Assembly: GCA_965249035.1 (NCBI GenBank)
Contig: CBDFKV010000005.1
Coordinates: forward strand, 50,463-114,462
Reading direction: 5' to 3'
Length of the DNA: 64,000 nt
From: Candidatus Poriferihabitaceae bacterium
GTDB taxonomy: Bacteria > Pseudomonadota > Gammaproteobacteria > Arenicellales > Poriferihabitantaceae
A program made the translations under genes and the position numbers. The number at the start of each line of letters is the position of its first letter. Positions within the stretch are counted from its first letter, which is position 1. Of this stretch, positions 38,414 to 48,170 are shown one piece after another. Below the pieces are notes generated by a model. The model saw only the letters and a program-made list of their open reading frames with translations, was not told where the DNA came from and ran no database searches.

Positions 38414-39619
38414 GTGGAGTTGAACATGGGAAAAGACGAAACGGCGCAGATCGATTCGCGCCATCAAATCGGGATATTGCAAAAAACGCTGTATGCGTGG
38501 AAGACCACAGCAAGCACGTTTTCAGTCCACGCCCCTCGAAGAGCAAAGATGGAAGCCCTTATCGAGTTAGTGGAACAATCGCTAGGGTCTGAAATTGAGT
38601 GCTATGTGGCCAAAGGACGTAAGGTTGCTTATTGCCTACCGGGCAGGGAGATAAATAGCGACCATAAAAAATTAGCTGCGGTGCCGGATTCGTATGCCGA
38701 TGAAGACAATGCGATATTCGTGCGAAGAGTGCCGGTAACAGATCAAGAAGCGTTGATAATTGTCAATAACTTCGAGATCGAGGGAGAGGCAATACAGGAG
38801 CGCGTGAAAGCCTATGTTGAAGCGCTGAACATCACACCAAGGAAAGTGCCAGTAAAAGGCATCATGGCCGCAGTGGCGATTACAGCGCTGCTTTTCGTGC
38901 CGATTAAGTTGCCTACAACAGGAGAGGCAGAGGCGGTAGGCGAGCATCGCATGAATATCACGGCACTCAACGCCGGGATTGTGACGCCATTATCCGAACC
39001 GGGTATGGTAGCCAAAGGCCAACCGATTGCTAAAATAGAGTCAAACGAGCTAGATCGACAGATTGAACTATTGAGCGCCCGGATCGCGGAGCTACGTTCC
39101 CAATCAGCACAACCCGCCGAACAAGGAACTAATGTCTACACCAGGCTTGCGGCAATTCATTCCAGTGAAGCGGAAAAAGCAGGATTAGAAAAGCAACGAC
39201 AGGCCAATATTATTGGCGCTCCAATGGATGGAATGTTGGCTTGGGAAAGCGTTAAAAAACTCCGATATGCAAATGCCGGTGATTTGGTCGGAAGTACTGA
39301 TGCCCAGGAGCAAACTTTATTAGAGGTGCGAGTTGCGGCGAAAGATATCCGGCCACAACAGAACCAGCAGGGCGTGTTCTACCGGCAAGACGCGATAGAT
39401 AACGAGATGATCAATGGGTTCATCGAAAACACGCCGACAGTGATAGACGTTAGCAAGGGCCGGTCGGATTACTTGGTGAATTTTCGGCTGGAAAAGCCGG
39501 TACTAGTTGGCGATACCGGCATGGTTTCTTTCAATTCAGAGTACACCACTATTTTCAAAGTGTTGTTCAAAACTACTATTCTACATATCCGGTCATGGTA
39601 CAGCCTGTACTTCGATTAA
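38414..39619 (+). CDS. Second HlyD-like adaptor with N-terminal cytoplasmic domain and TM
   Basis: ALLFVPIKL, ITALNAGIV..GMVAKGQPIA, IGAPMDG. Confidence 0.78.
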   Translation: MELNMGKDETAQIDSRHQIGILQKTLYAWKTTASTFSVHAPRRAKMEALIELVEQSLGSEIECYVAKGRKVAYCLPGREINSDHKKLAAVPDSYADEDNAIFVRRVPVTDQEALIIVNNFEIEGEAIQERVKAYVEALNITPRKVPVKGIMAAVAITALLFVPIKLPTTGEAEAVGEHRMNITALNAGIVTPLSEPGMVAKGQPIAKIESNELDRQIELLSARIAELRSQSAQPAEQGTNVYTRLAAIHSSEAEKAGLEKQRQANIIGAPMDGMLAWESVKKLRYANAGDLVGSTDAQEQTLLEVRVAAKDIRPQQNQQGVFYRQDAIDNEMINGFIENTPTVIDVSKGRSDYLVNFRLEKPVLVGDTGMVSFNSEYTTIFKVLFKTTILHIRSWYSLYFD

Positions 39620-41520
39620 GACCGGGTGTCGCAATCGAGAAAGGCGACCCGACCTACCGCCAAGAAGATGGTAGCTATACCAGCCACTACCTGGTAGACC
39701 ACAGCCGCAACACCACGGTCGCTAGGTTGACCAAGCGGCAAGCTTTTGCGTTGCTTGGTCATGGAACCCTAACCGATGATGAATATGAACAGTTAAGCGC
39801 ATCGCTCAAGAAGAATCATTTACTACAGGGGCAATCTCCACCAAGCAAGACAAGCGGTAGTGTAGATCAAAAGATGCTGTTCCTCAGCATTCCAATCCCG
39901 TTCAAGCCCGACCGTTTAATAGGATCAATGAAATGGCTAGGTGCTGCGCTTTTTAACTACTACGCGCTGTCTGTGCTGGCAGTGCTAAGTATGTGCGGCA
40001 TTTTCCTGATTGCACGACAGTTCGAGTATTTCAGAACCTACACAAGCGCCACATTCTCAATAGATTATTTGTTGAGTAATGGGCTGGCTTTTGGAACGGC
40101 GTTTATTATTATTAGAGTGCTGCATGAATTAAGCCATGCGCTTGCGTGTAAAAAAGCTGGCGGTTTTGTCGAGCGCTTTGTCATTACTTTCATAGCTGGC
40201 GCTCCGCTACCATCCACAAAAATGAATTGGATGCACAAAGCCACCCGGCGACAAAAGATGATGGTTGCCGGGGCGGGAATATACATCGAGCTATGGATTG
40301 CGGCGATAGCAGCGATCATGTGGGCAATAACACCCGATGGAGCAGATAAGGCCTTGTGGCATTATCTGGCTGTGATCAACCCTATGCTAACGCTAAGTGC
40401 AAACTTGGTGCCACTAATGAAGTTTGACGGTTATCACCTATGGTCTGCAGCAACCAGGAACCCGCAGCTATATGAAATGGCGATTGAGCAATTTAGAAGC
40501 AGTGCTCATCGGCTTTTAGGGTTTTCAAGTGTCAAAGTGAATACCGGGCTGGGATATGAGCCCATATTGGCGGCATACGGGGCCGCAATTGTATTTTGGA
40601 AAGCAGTGGTGCTTCCGGGCGGCTTAATCGCAGGGATTATGATGCTATTCGAGCAAGATCGGATAGCTTATCTGTTTGTCGTTTTAGTAGCAGCGAACTT
40701 TTGGATCAAACCATTAATACGGGAAAAACGGAAAATGAAAAAATTTGCACCAGACCCAATAACGCTCATTCCTGCAGTGGCATTGGTCGGTTTAGCAATC
40801 TGGGCGATTGTACCTATGCAGCATATTGTTAAAGTCGAGGGGGCTGTACGGCACGAACAGAACAGCATTAGCGCCCTATACGACAGCGCCTATAGCTCGA
40901 TCCGACCCGCAGGAGAGGTTAGCGTAGGCGATACGGTAGCGAAGTTGTTACCTATATCCCATGAGACTGAACTTGCGGGGATAGGGTATGACAATGCCGG
41001 AGCTGACTACGATACGAACGAAAAAGCGTATTTGAAAAAGGCGCGCAAGGATACGTTCACAAAACAAGCCGCAATGCTGCAGAGCGAGGCAATCGAGCTT
41101 CAGCCAGCCGCGCAATCATCCGGGTACTGGTTGCCAGAACGAAGGCAAACAACGTACAAGGCGGGTACACCATTAGGTTCGATTATTGATGTAAGCGGAT
41201 CTAAATTAGATGTGTATATCCCTAAGCATCTCACGAAGGAAAATGAGGTTGAGGTGACGTATTACGCCAGCAATGGAGTTACGGGACGGAGCATTATCCA
41301 AAAAGCGAACAATTTAGTTGTAAGCAATGCCTTGCCAAAGTTCATGCTGGAAAAGGCGGGCGGGCCTTTCGATGGGAACAAGCCGTTGCATACGGTGCAA
41401 TTGTATAGTGCCGATATTCCCGCTCAAGCGGAATCGCAAGTATCTGTGCTAGTCAAAACACAATATTCCATCGCCGGGAAAATAACGAATCAGCTATACA
41501 ACAGGATAAAGATGCTATGA
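39595..41520 (+). CDS. Site-2 protease (peptidase M50) fused to an HlyD-like C-terminal region
   Basis: LHELSHALACKK (HExxH), VAGAGIYIEL, NLVPLMKFDGY (NxxPxxxxDG); N-terminal LRLRPG. Confidence 0.88.
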   Translation: MVQPVLRLRPGVAIEKGDPTYRQEDGSYTSHYLVDHSRNTTVARLTKRQAFALLGHGTLTDDEYEQLSASLKKNHLLQGQSPPSKTSGSVDQKMLFLSIPIPFKPDRLIGSMKWLGAALFNYYALSVLAVLSMCGIFLIARQFEYFRTYTSATFSIDYLLSNGLAFGTAFIIIRVLHELSHALACKKAGGFVERFVITFIAGAPLPSTKMNWMHKATRRQKMMVAGAGIYIELWIAAIAAIMWAITPDGADKALWHYLAVINPMLTLSANLVPLMKFDGYHLWSAATRNPQLYEMAIEQFRSSAHRLLGFSSVKVNTGLGYEPILAAYGAAIVFWKAVVLPGGLIAGIMMLFEQDRIAYLFVVLVAANFWIKPLIREKRKMKKFAPDPITLIPAVALVGLAIWAIVPMQHIVKVEGAVRHEQNSISALYDSAYSSIRPAGEVSVGDTVAKLLPISHETELAGIGYDNAGADYDTNEKAYLKKARKDTFTKQAAMLQSEAIELQPAAQSSGYWLPERRQTTYKAGTPLGSIIDVSGSKLDVYIPKHLTKENEVEVTYYASNGVTGRSIIQKANNLVVSNALPKFMLEKAGGPFDGNKPLHTVQLYSADIPAQAESQVSVLVKTQYSIAGKITNQLYNRIKML

Positions 41521-42689
41521 AAAGACACCTGCTAACAATAATAATATTGGTGCTGACTACAACGCAGCCTGTTTATGCTCGCAAACTTTCACCAGCCGCA
41601 CAAGCAGGGCTGATAAATGCAATATTTTTGGCGCTTGAAGACGAATCAGGGCCGCAGGACTGTTCTAGTCCGAAGGCCGATCTGAAGGCAGATTACGACA
41701 AAGACGGAATCGCTGACTGTGACGAGGAAAAAGGGGTTATGGGGTACATCACCAACCCTGCTAAAGCAGATACAGATGGTGATGCGCTTAATGATCGAGT
41801 GGAGCAAACGATACTGGCCAAGTACGGCACAAACCCACAGCACAAAGATATTTTAATTGAGTATGACTGGTTTGTTGGAGCCTATGGCCAAACCACAGTT
41901 AATGGCGAAATAGTCCCGTGTGAGACAAGTATGCAACTACAAGGCACAGACGCGGCAGAAATCATCCAAATGTTTGCGGCTTCCCCGGTAAAAAATATCG
42001 ACGGGAAGACCGGCATTAACTTAGTGCTGGACTATGGCCAAGGTGGTGCGTTAGTGGGCGGTAATGCGATAGCAGACGAGGACGGAGCGCCGGGAGGTGG
42101 CTTAGGCTCAACACAGTATCTTGAGCAGAGAAAGGCCAATTTCAGCGCAGCAAGGGAACCATATTTTCATTATATCCTTGGAACATTAGTTTACTCGATG
42201 AGCACTGGCCAACTAGGGAAAACCCAAGTTGGGTACTCGGATACGATAATCTCGCCTAGATGTAATAACACATCAAAACCAGGCTATACCGCAAAATTAT
42301 TTGTTCATGAGTTTGGCCATCAGCTAGGGCTGCGCCACGGAGGTAATAACGACTGTAACAACAAGCCCAACTACAACTCAACGATGAATTACCGATACGC
42401 AACCAGCGGCTTGGATACAAATTGTGATGGCATAGCTGACGGCTTGACAATGGGATACTCGGATGGAAAGCGCAGAGTGCTAAATGAAACGCTTCTGAAT
42501 GAATACTCCGGCATGTGTGGTACCCCGCTCGACCTTAATGGCGACCAGGTGATCAGCAACACAATTAAAGCGGACGTGAACAATCAAGAACCCATATACG
42601 CTCAAATTAAGTACTGTGGTGGACAGTACACAGAGCTTCGAGATCACAATGACTGGGCGTCATTAAATTACGTAATTAAACACCTTTAA
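41517..42689 (+). CDS. Secreted zinc metalloprotease (metzincin-like) with Ca-binding DxDxDG motifs
   Basis: Signal peptide; DYDKDGIADCDE, DTDGDALND; HEFGHQLGLRH; Met-turn STMNY. Confidence 0.85.
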   Translation: MKRHLLTIIILVLTTTQPVYARKLSPAAQAGLINAIFLALEDESGPQDCSSPKADLKADYDKDGIADCDEEKGVMGYITNPAKADTDGDALNDRVEQTILAKYGTNPQHKDILIEYDWFVGAYGQTTVNGEIVPCETSMQLQGTDAAEIIQMFAASPVKNIDGKTGINLVLDYGQGGALVGGNAIADEDGAPGGGLGSTQYLEQRKANFSAAREPYFHYILGTLVYSMSTGQLGKTQVGYSDTIISPRCNNTSKPGYTAKLFVHEFGHQLGLRHGGNNDCNNKPNYNSTMNYRYATSGLDTNCDGIADGLTMGYSDGKRRVLNETLLNEYSGMCGTPLDLNGDQVISNTIKADVNNQEPIYAQIKYCGGQYTELRDHNDWASLNYVIKHL

Positions 42690-42708
42690 CCAAGAAGAGG
42701 AAAACTCC

Positions 42709-42943
42709 ATGAACACATTAATTAAGCTAGTAGAAAATTCCAGAACAGGTGTTTTTTAAACGTAAATACTCAATCGCACAAGAAATGTTCAACCGGTATT
42801 TGATGCGGCTATTCACTGTGTTATCTGACAGACAGTTGCTTGAATTTTGGACATATCGATTGATGCCAGAGACAGCAAGCTATCCAGCTAAATGGATACC
42901 TATTTATCCACAGAATGTGTGGAGAACTTTTATCGAGGATTAA
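42709..42943 (+). pseudogene. Small gene apparently frameshifted at a T6 run
   Basis: AGAGG RBS and ATG 42709 read to TAA at 42757; removing one T from 42752-42757 joins it to the 42749 frame (..TGVFKRKYS..). Confidence 0.45.
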
Positions 42944-42946
42944 GTA

Positions 42947-44188
42947 ATGAAAACCGGATATAGAATGATATTGGCAGCAATGGTGACGTTTGGAGTCGCT
43001 AATTATGCCAATGCTGAGACAGCGACAACTTCAACTCACGATGCCTCTATAGTGGTTTATGAGACCGAGTGGAACACTACCCATAGTTCCGAAGCAGCCT
43101 ACAAGCTTGGGCTGATCTATGCTGCACAAGGCAGTAACAATACCAAAGCTACTGAGTGGTTCAAAAAAGCGGCTGATATGGGTCATACCCAAGCTGACAC
43201 ATTTTATCGTTATTTGAATGCTCAGGTTCAGCCACAAGCGGTGCCGATTGTCAAAGCGGCTGCAAAAACACCAGTAAGCAATCAGGTGACCAGATCCTCA
43301 GATGCCAGCAGGAAAACGGGATCACCTATTGCAACGGAGCTATACACAACTCGAAGCGGCGATACGCTGTATCACATCGCCATGCGCTATCTGCACGGGC
43401 AAGGCCGAAAAGCGACCAGAACGGAAACACTGGGGATAGCGTCACAAATTCATGCGAGCAATCTCCACGCTTTCTACGAAAGCAATCAGGACAAACTCCG
43501 GGTGGGCAAGGCGTTAACGATGCCTGGCGGGAGCAAAGATTTACCAGCAGAGTTGGTACTGGCCGATACCAGCATCGAGAAACCTGCTATGGCAGAATCA
43601 AGCCAGAAACAGGTATTGCAGCCAATTGGCATACCCCCTGCAATCAAGGCGGATATTGAAGCTGACTTGAAAGCTAAATACGAAATATTGTTGAGCGAGT
43701 TGGAGCAGAAGAAAAATGCTGAAATCGCTCAATTGAACAAGGAGAAAGAAACCGCCGAAAGTCAACTCAAGCTGGTGCAGTCAGAGAAAGATGCGTTGAT
43801 GGAGAAATACCTGAATCAGGATGTGATCATAGCAGGCTTGCAATCACAGAATAGCAAGCTCGTGGCTAAGTCTGAAACGGCCGCGCAAGACTTGCTGACG
43901 CTTCAAGCTGAGAATCAACTGTATCAGCAAACCACTGACCAATTGGAAGAGCAACTGGTGCAGAAAGACACTAAAATTGAGCAGACTGAAAACCAATTGT
44001 CTCTGTACAAGGAAAGCAGCCAGAGATATGAAACCCAGTTAGCCAACCTCAAGCAGTCGGTATCTCAGGTATCGCAATTGATTGCAGGAATTACGGCTGA
44101 AAATGACATGGATGCCAATGCCTCTCCAAAGCTGGTGAGTGTCGAGTCAGGTGAGCCGACCGAAGTTCCCGTTGACTCAAGCAATTGA
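42947..44188 (+). CDS. FimV-like periplasmic protein: Sel1 repeat, LysM, coiled coil
   Basis: AAYKLGLIY..ATEWFKKAADMGH; YTTRSGDTLYHIA..IHASNLHAF..LRVGKALTMP; long heptad region. Confidence 0.8.
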   Translation: MKTGYRMILAAMVTFGVANYANAETATTSTHDASIVVYETEWNTTHSSEAAYKLGLIYAAQGSNNTKATEWFKKAADMGHTQADTFYRYLNAQVQPQAVPIVKAAAKTPVSNQVTRSSDASRKTGSPIATELYTTRSGDTLYHIAMRYLHGQGRKATRTETLGIASQIHASNLHAFYESNQDKLRVGKALTMPGGSKDLPAELVLADTSIEKPAMAESSQKQVLQPIGIPPAIKADIEADLKAKYEILLSELEQKKNAEIAQLNKEKETAESQLKLVQSEKDALMEKYLNQDVIIAGLQSQNSKLVAKSETAAQDLLTLQAENQLYQQTTDQLEEQLVQKDTKIEQTENQLSLYKESSQRYETQLANLKQSVSQVSQLIAGITAENDMDANASPKLVSVESGEPTEVPVDSSN

Positions 44189-44231
44189 GTGATTAGCCCA
44201 AAACAGTAACTCAACCCCGGAGAGTCCAGAC

Positions 44232-44525
44232 ATGATAAACGATAAGACAATAGATTTGTGCCAGACCCATTTCCCGCTAGGTAAATGGAAAATACTTGAT
44301 GGCGAGATAATCAATGAGCAGTATCCATATAAAATCTTGAAGAATACCTGGGAAGAGCCAGTTGATGACGATCTATATGCTGCACATCTTTACGATGCCA
44401 ATGATGAGCTATGCGGCGGAACGGATGTACGCCAGCCATCTGATTTGGTAAGTTTCTTGCGTACTTACTACAAGCATGAGCTAGATATACAGAATCACTT
44501 TTCTGATCATAGTAACCAGACCTAG
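44232..44525 (+). CDS. Hypothetical protein
   Basis: GGAG RBS; 97 aa. Confidence 0.6.
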   Translation: MINDKTIDLCQTHFPLGKWKILDGEIINEQYPYKILKNTWEEPVDDDLYAAHLYDANDELCGGTDVRQPSDLVSFLRTYYKHELDIQNHFSDHSNQT

Positions 44526-44982
44526 CCTGGGGCAGAATATACAATTCCTGCAAGTACATACCAAACTATCGACATGATTTTATTCTTGGCAGCATTCGTA
44601 ACCGTTTTCTTGCTGGTGTTTCAACAGCAAAACATAATTAGGGACATTTTTTGATATGTCACTAGTGCCCGTTTCGTCATCGAACTGAGCGAAGCAAAGG
44701 CTGTTTATCCAGAGCCTGCATGCCGAACATCAATAGAGAAGACTAAGAGGTTTTAACTATTTGGCCAAAGTCATTGACGGGGTTCCATTCAAGGATGGAA
44801 TCGAGCATACTAACCTGAAATCAGATCAAGTCGAAGCCCCTTCAGTCAGCGATCTCAAACGCCACTTTCGGGCAAAACTCCGATACCTACAACGGTTTAA
44901 GAGCAGCAGCATTTGAAGAAGAAAATCATCTGGAAAACTCAGACCTTATCAAACACCATAAGTTTAATTAGGAATAGTAGCT

Positions 44983-46965
44983 ATGCAATGTCCATTTGTG
45001 CTGGATTGGAATGTGTTAAACCACTTAGGAGTGGGACTGTATACCAGTACCCCAGCGGTGTTGACTGAGCTAATTGCAAATGCCTACGATGCGGACGCAC
45101 CAGAAGTAAAAATTGATTTTGATATTGAGGGAGGAGAAATACGAATACTGGATAACGGTCATGGAATGGATGTTAATGCCCTAAAAGATCAATTCTTCAC
45201 TGTCGGTTACCAGCGTCGACTACATTCTGAGCTTGAGACAACACCAGGTGGACGCTATCCAATGGGGCGAAAGGGGCTAGGAAAACTGGCGATCTTTTCT
45301 CTAGCTAGTGAGTTCGCCATTTATTCCAAAATGGACGGAGGTGAGGAGGAAGCTACCAGGGTTGTGCGGGAAGATCTTGAAGAAAAAATCAGAATAAATG
45401 AACCATACGAGACTGAGGATTTAGGGGCAACTAACGAATTGGGAGAGCAGGAAAAAGGAACGCTATTGGTTCTAACCCAGCTCACAAACAGCATTACAGA
45501 AGCAACCTTAAGACACCTACGAGGTAGGATTGTAAGACGGTTTACAGTTTTGTCGGACAAGTTCCAAGTAATAATTGATGGTACTGCCTTGGATCGAAGC
45601 GACAAGGAATTTGAAAAAGACATTCAATGTTTGTGGTATTTGGATGATACAGCTCAACAACATTTTCTTGATCTAGGGACTGTAGGTAAATATGGCCCGG
45701 ATGAAAAAAACTGTATGGAAGAAATACCTAACGAAATTCCGTGTGGTGACTCTCCTCTTCGGATTAATGGGTACATAGGTACTGTTAAGGAACCGAAGCA
45801 ATTGAAGCGATACCAAGAAAATATAAACCAAGTTTCCATTTTTGCTAATGGCCGGGTTTTCGAAGAAAATGTGCTCTCACGAATTGGTGGAAGTAAACAC
45901 GTGTATCAATATATTTATGGGGAGATTGAGGCCGATTTTCTTGATAGAGATAATACTGATCGAGCGGTTACTAACAGAGAAGGAATTAAGAAGGAAGACC
46001 AAATTGTCAGCCTCCTAGTAGGCTATATCAAGGAAAAGATACTCCCGAAAATAGATGTGCAGTGGGACGATTGGCGAGCTAAGCTGGGATATGGCGAGAG
46101 CGCTGAGGAGATCAATCCCACCATTGCAAGTTGGATAGATACTCTGGAAGATGCTAGGGATAAAGAATTAGCAGATACCTTGATGTCGAAAATTTCTTCA
46201 GCTCGTTTTTCCGCAGATGAGCAAGAAAATTTAAGTCAACAAAAACACCTGTATAAATCCGCCGTGCTTGGCTTTGAAAGACTACGCAACAGGAATCAAC
46301 TGTCAAGATTGGACCAAATCCCAGATGTGGTCAGCCCGGAATTCCAATCTATTTTTCGACTTCACAATGATTTAGAAGAATCGTTTTATTACGATATCAC
46401 TACTGGCCGACTAAGAATTATCGAAAGACTTAAAGAAATACATAAAACAGAGCAATTAGAAAAAATAGCTGAAATTCATCTTTTTGATAATCTTTGGTTG
46501 TTAGACCCTACCTGGGGGAGAATAACTGGTAGTGAACAAATGGAACAAACATTATCTGATGTGGTTCGTAATGTAGAGCCAGACGATGACAAATCTGCTC
46601 GGTTGGATATTGCTTACAGAACAAGTTCGGGCCGCCATATTATAGTCGAACTAAAGCGCCCTGGTCTTCCTTATAATCCCGCTGATTTAATAGACCAAGG
46701 GGGAAGATATAAAGAGGCTGTAAAAGAATGGTACAAGCAACATCCCGATGCGTATGACAGAACACCCCCACCTATAGATGTATATTTCCTAGTAGAAAAA
46801 GATTTGTTTACAAACGAAACTCAGCAGCAATTACTTGATGTATTGGGATATGTTCTAACCTATGCCGGGCTAATTGAAAATGCGTTTAAAGCGTACGGCG
46901 AATACCTCAGTTCTGCAACTAGCTTGGGCAGAATTAATACAATTATTGATGAGATAGGTGATTGA
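44983..46965 (+). CDS. GHKL (MORC/MutL-like) ATPase fused to a PD-(D/E)xK nuclease; putative restriction endonuclease
   Basis: ELIANAYDADA, DNGHGM, GRKGLGKLA; C-terminal LWLLDP and RLDI...IIVELKRP. Confidence 0.87.
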   Translation: MQCPFVLDWNVLNHLGVGLYTSTPAVLTELIANAYDADAPEVKIDFDIEGGEIRILDNGHGMDVNALKDQFFTVGYQRRLHSELETTPGGRYPMGRKGLGKLAIFSLASEFAIYSKMDGGEEEATRVVREDLEEKIRINEPYETEDLGATNELGEQEKGTLLVLTQLTNSITEATLRHLRGRIVRRFTVLSDKFQVIIDGTALDRSDKEFEKDIQCLWYLDDTAQQHFLDLGTVGKYGPDEKNCMEEIPNEIPCGDSPLRINGYIGTVKEPKQLKRYQENINQVSIFANGRVFEENVLSRIGGSKHVYQYIYGEIEADFLDRDNTDRAVTNREGIKKEDQIVSLLVGYIKEKILPKIDVQWDDWRAKLGYGESAEEINPTIASWIDTLEDARDKELADTLMSKISSARFSADEQENLSQQKHLYKSAVLGFERLRNRNQLSRLDQIPDVVSPEFQSIFRLHNDLEESFYYDITTGRLRIIERLKEIHKTEQLEKIAEIHLFDNLWLLDPTWGRITGSEQMEQTLSDVVRNVEPDDDKSARLDIAYRTSSGRHIIVELKRPGLPYNPADLIDQGGRYKEAVKEWYKQHPDAYDRTPPPIDVYFLVEKDLFTNETQQQLLDVLGYVLTYAGLIENAFKAYGEYLSSATSLGRINTIIDEIGD

Positions 46966-47989
46966 TAATACTTTGCCCTATGACTTCCCCGAGTCTAACA
47001 GGAACCGCATTTCCAATTAGTCGGCCCAAGACTGTTTTCTTAGGCTCCTGATTTTCTGGCAAAAACTCGTAGTTTTCTGGAAAAGTTTGCAGGAGGGCTC
47101 CCTCCCTTAAACTCAGCCCTCTATCTTGTACTGGGTGCCCAAATCGCCCGTTTCCATAACCATAAAATTGAGTGGTTATGGTTGGAGATGGTTTATCCCA
47201 AGACATACGACCATAAACGCTTCCGTATCGCTCACCACTGTTTCGCTTATGACACTCTGCAACCAAATCACTCTCCCAATCTCTCCAAGTCCCTGCAGGT
47301 TTTGATTGTTTAATACGGGCTTGATTAATAGGTGACAATTTGGAGGACATGTGTAATCTGTCGTCCGAGTGTGTTTCCCCGGCCTTGATTTCTGGTAGGT
47401 GCCCGATTGCCTCACGAACAGTCTTTGAAGCGCTATTGCCTATTGCTGGAAGCAGCTTAATGGCTCCCAGCCTAGAAGCAAGTAATACTAAGCGAATGCG
47501 TTTCTGTGGTATGCCATACTGAGAGCAATCTACTAGAGAGAAAGAAGTGTAATACCCTAGAGCATTGAGAGAATCGAGAAATCGATGGAATATTGTTTGC
47601 TTAGAAAGCTGAGGTACATTTTCCATCGTGACAACGTCTGGCAATTGCTCGTCTACAATCTCACTGAATTTGTCTAATAGATACCACTTCTCGTTTTTCA
47701 GCTTTTGATTATTTTTACCCTTGCCAAGCATATAGGTAGAAAATGGTTGGCAAGGAGCGCAGCCAGCAAGGAGTCGTATTGAGTCTTTGCTCCAATACTT
47801 GGTGAAAGTAGCAGCTCTAACCTGCGCTATATCTGTATGAACGAATGAAGCTCCTACATTTTTCTTGAATGGATATCCGCATTCATCATCAATATCTAGC
47901 CCAGCAGAAATAGTGATACCAGCCTGTTTGAGGCCAAAACTGAGACCGCCAATTCCACAGAATAAATCAATACATTCGACATGTTTCAC
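46943..47989 (-). CDS. DNA (cytosine-5)-methyltransferase
   Basis: DLFCGIGG (I), PCQPFS (IV), MENV (VI), QKRIR (VIII), LSLREGALLQTFP (IX), IGNAVP (X). Confidence 0.96.
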   Translation of the reverse strand: MKHVECIDLFCGIGGLSFGLKQAGITISAGLDIDDECGYPFKKNVGASFVHTDIAQVRAATFTKYWSKDSIRLLAGCAPCQPFSTYMLGKGKNNQKLKNEKWYLLDKFSEIVDEQLPDVVTMENVPQLSKQTIFHRFLDSLNALGYYTSFSLVDCSQYGIPQKRIRLVLLASRLGAIKLLPAIGNSASKTVREAIGHLPEIKAGETHSDDRLHMSSKLSPINQARIKQSKPAGTWRDWESDLVAECHKRNSGERYGSVYGRMSWDKPSPTITTQFYGYGNGRFGHPVQDRGLSLREGALLQTFPENYEFLPENQEPKKTVLGRLIGNAVPVRLGEVIGQSIINHLSHQ

Positions 47990-48170
47990 AAAAAGCCGCT
48001 ATCCTCTAAAGAACCCGAATTTTATACCAAATAACGAAAGGCCGCATACAGCAATAGGTGGCATACCACCAAGACATTTGCTGAAAGCTGCCTAGACCCA
48101 GATCAGCTCCGGTGAGGGAAGTAATGCCGGATCAATTACTCATCTGCCTATGGAAGCTTCAACAGGTTTT

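Noticed and set aside
44574-44654. 26-aa hydrophobic ORF MILFLAAFVTVFLLVFQQQNIIRDIF
   Set aside because: No clear RBS; may be a truncated remnant at the cargo junction but is too short to support.
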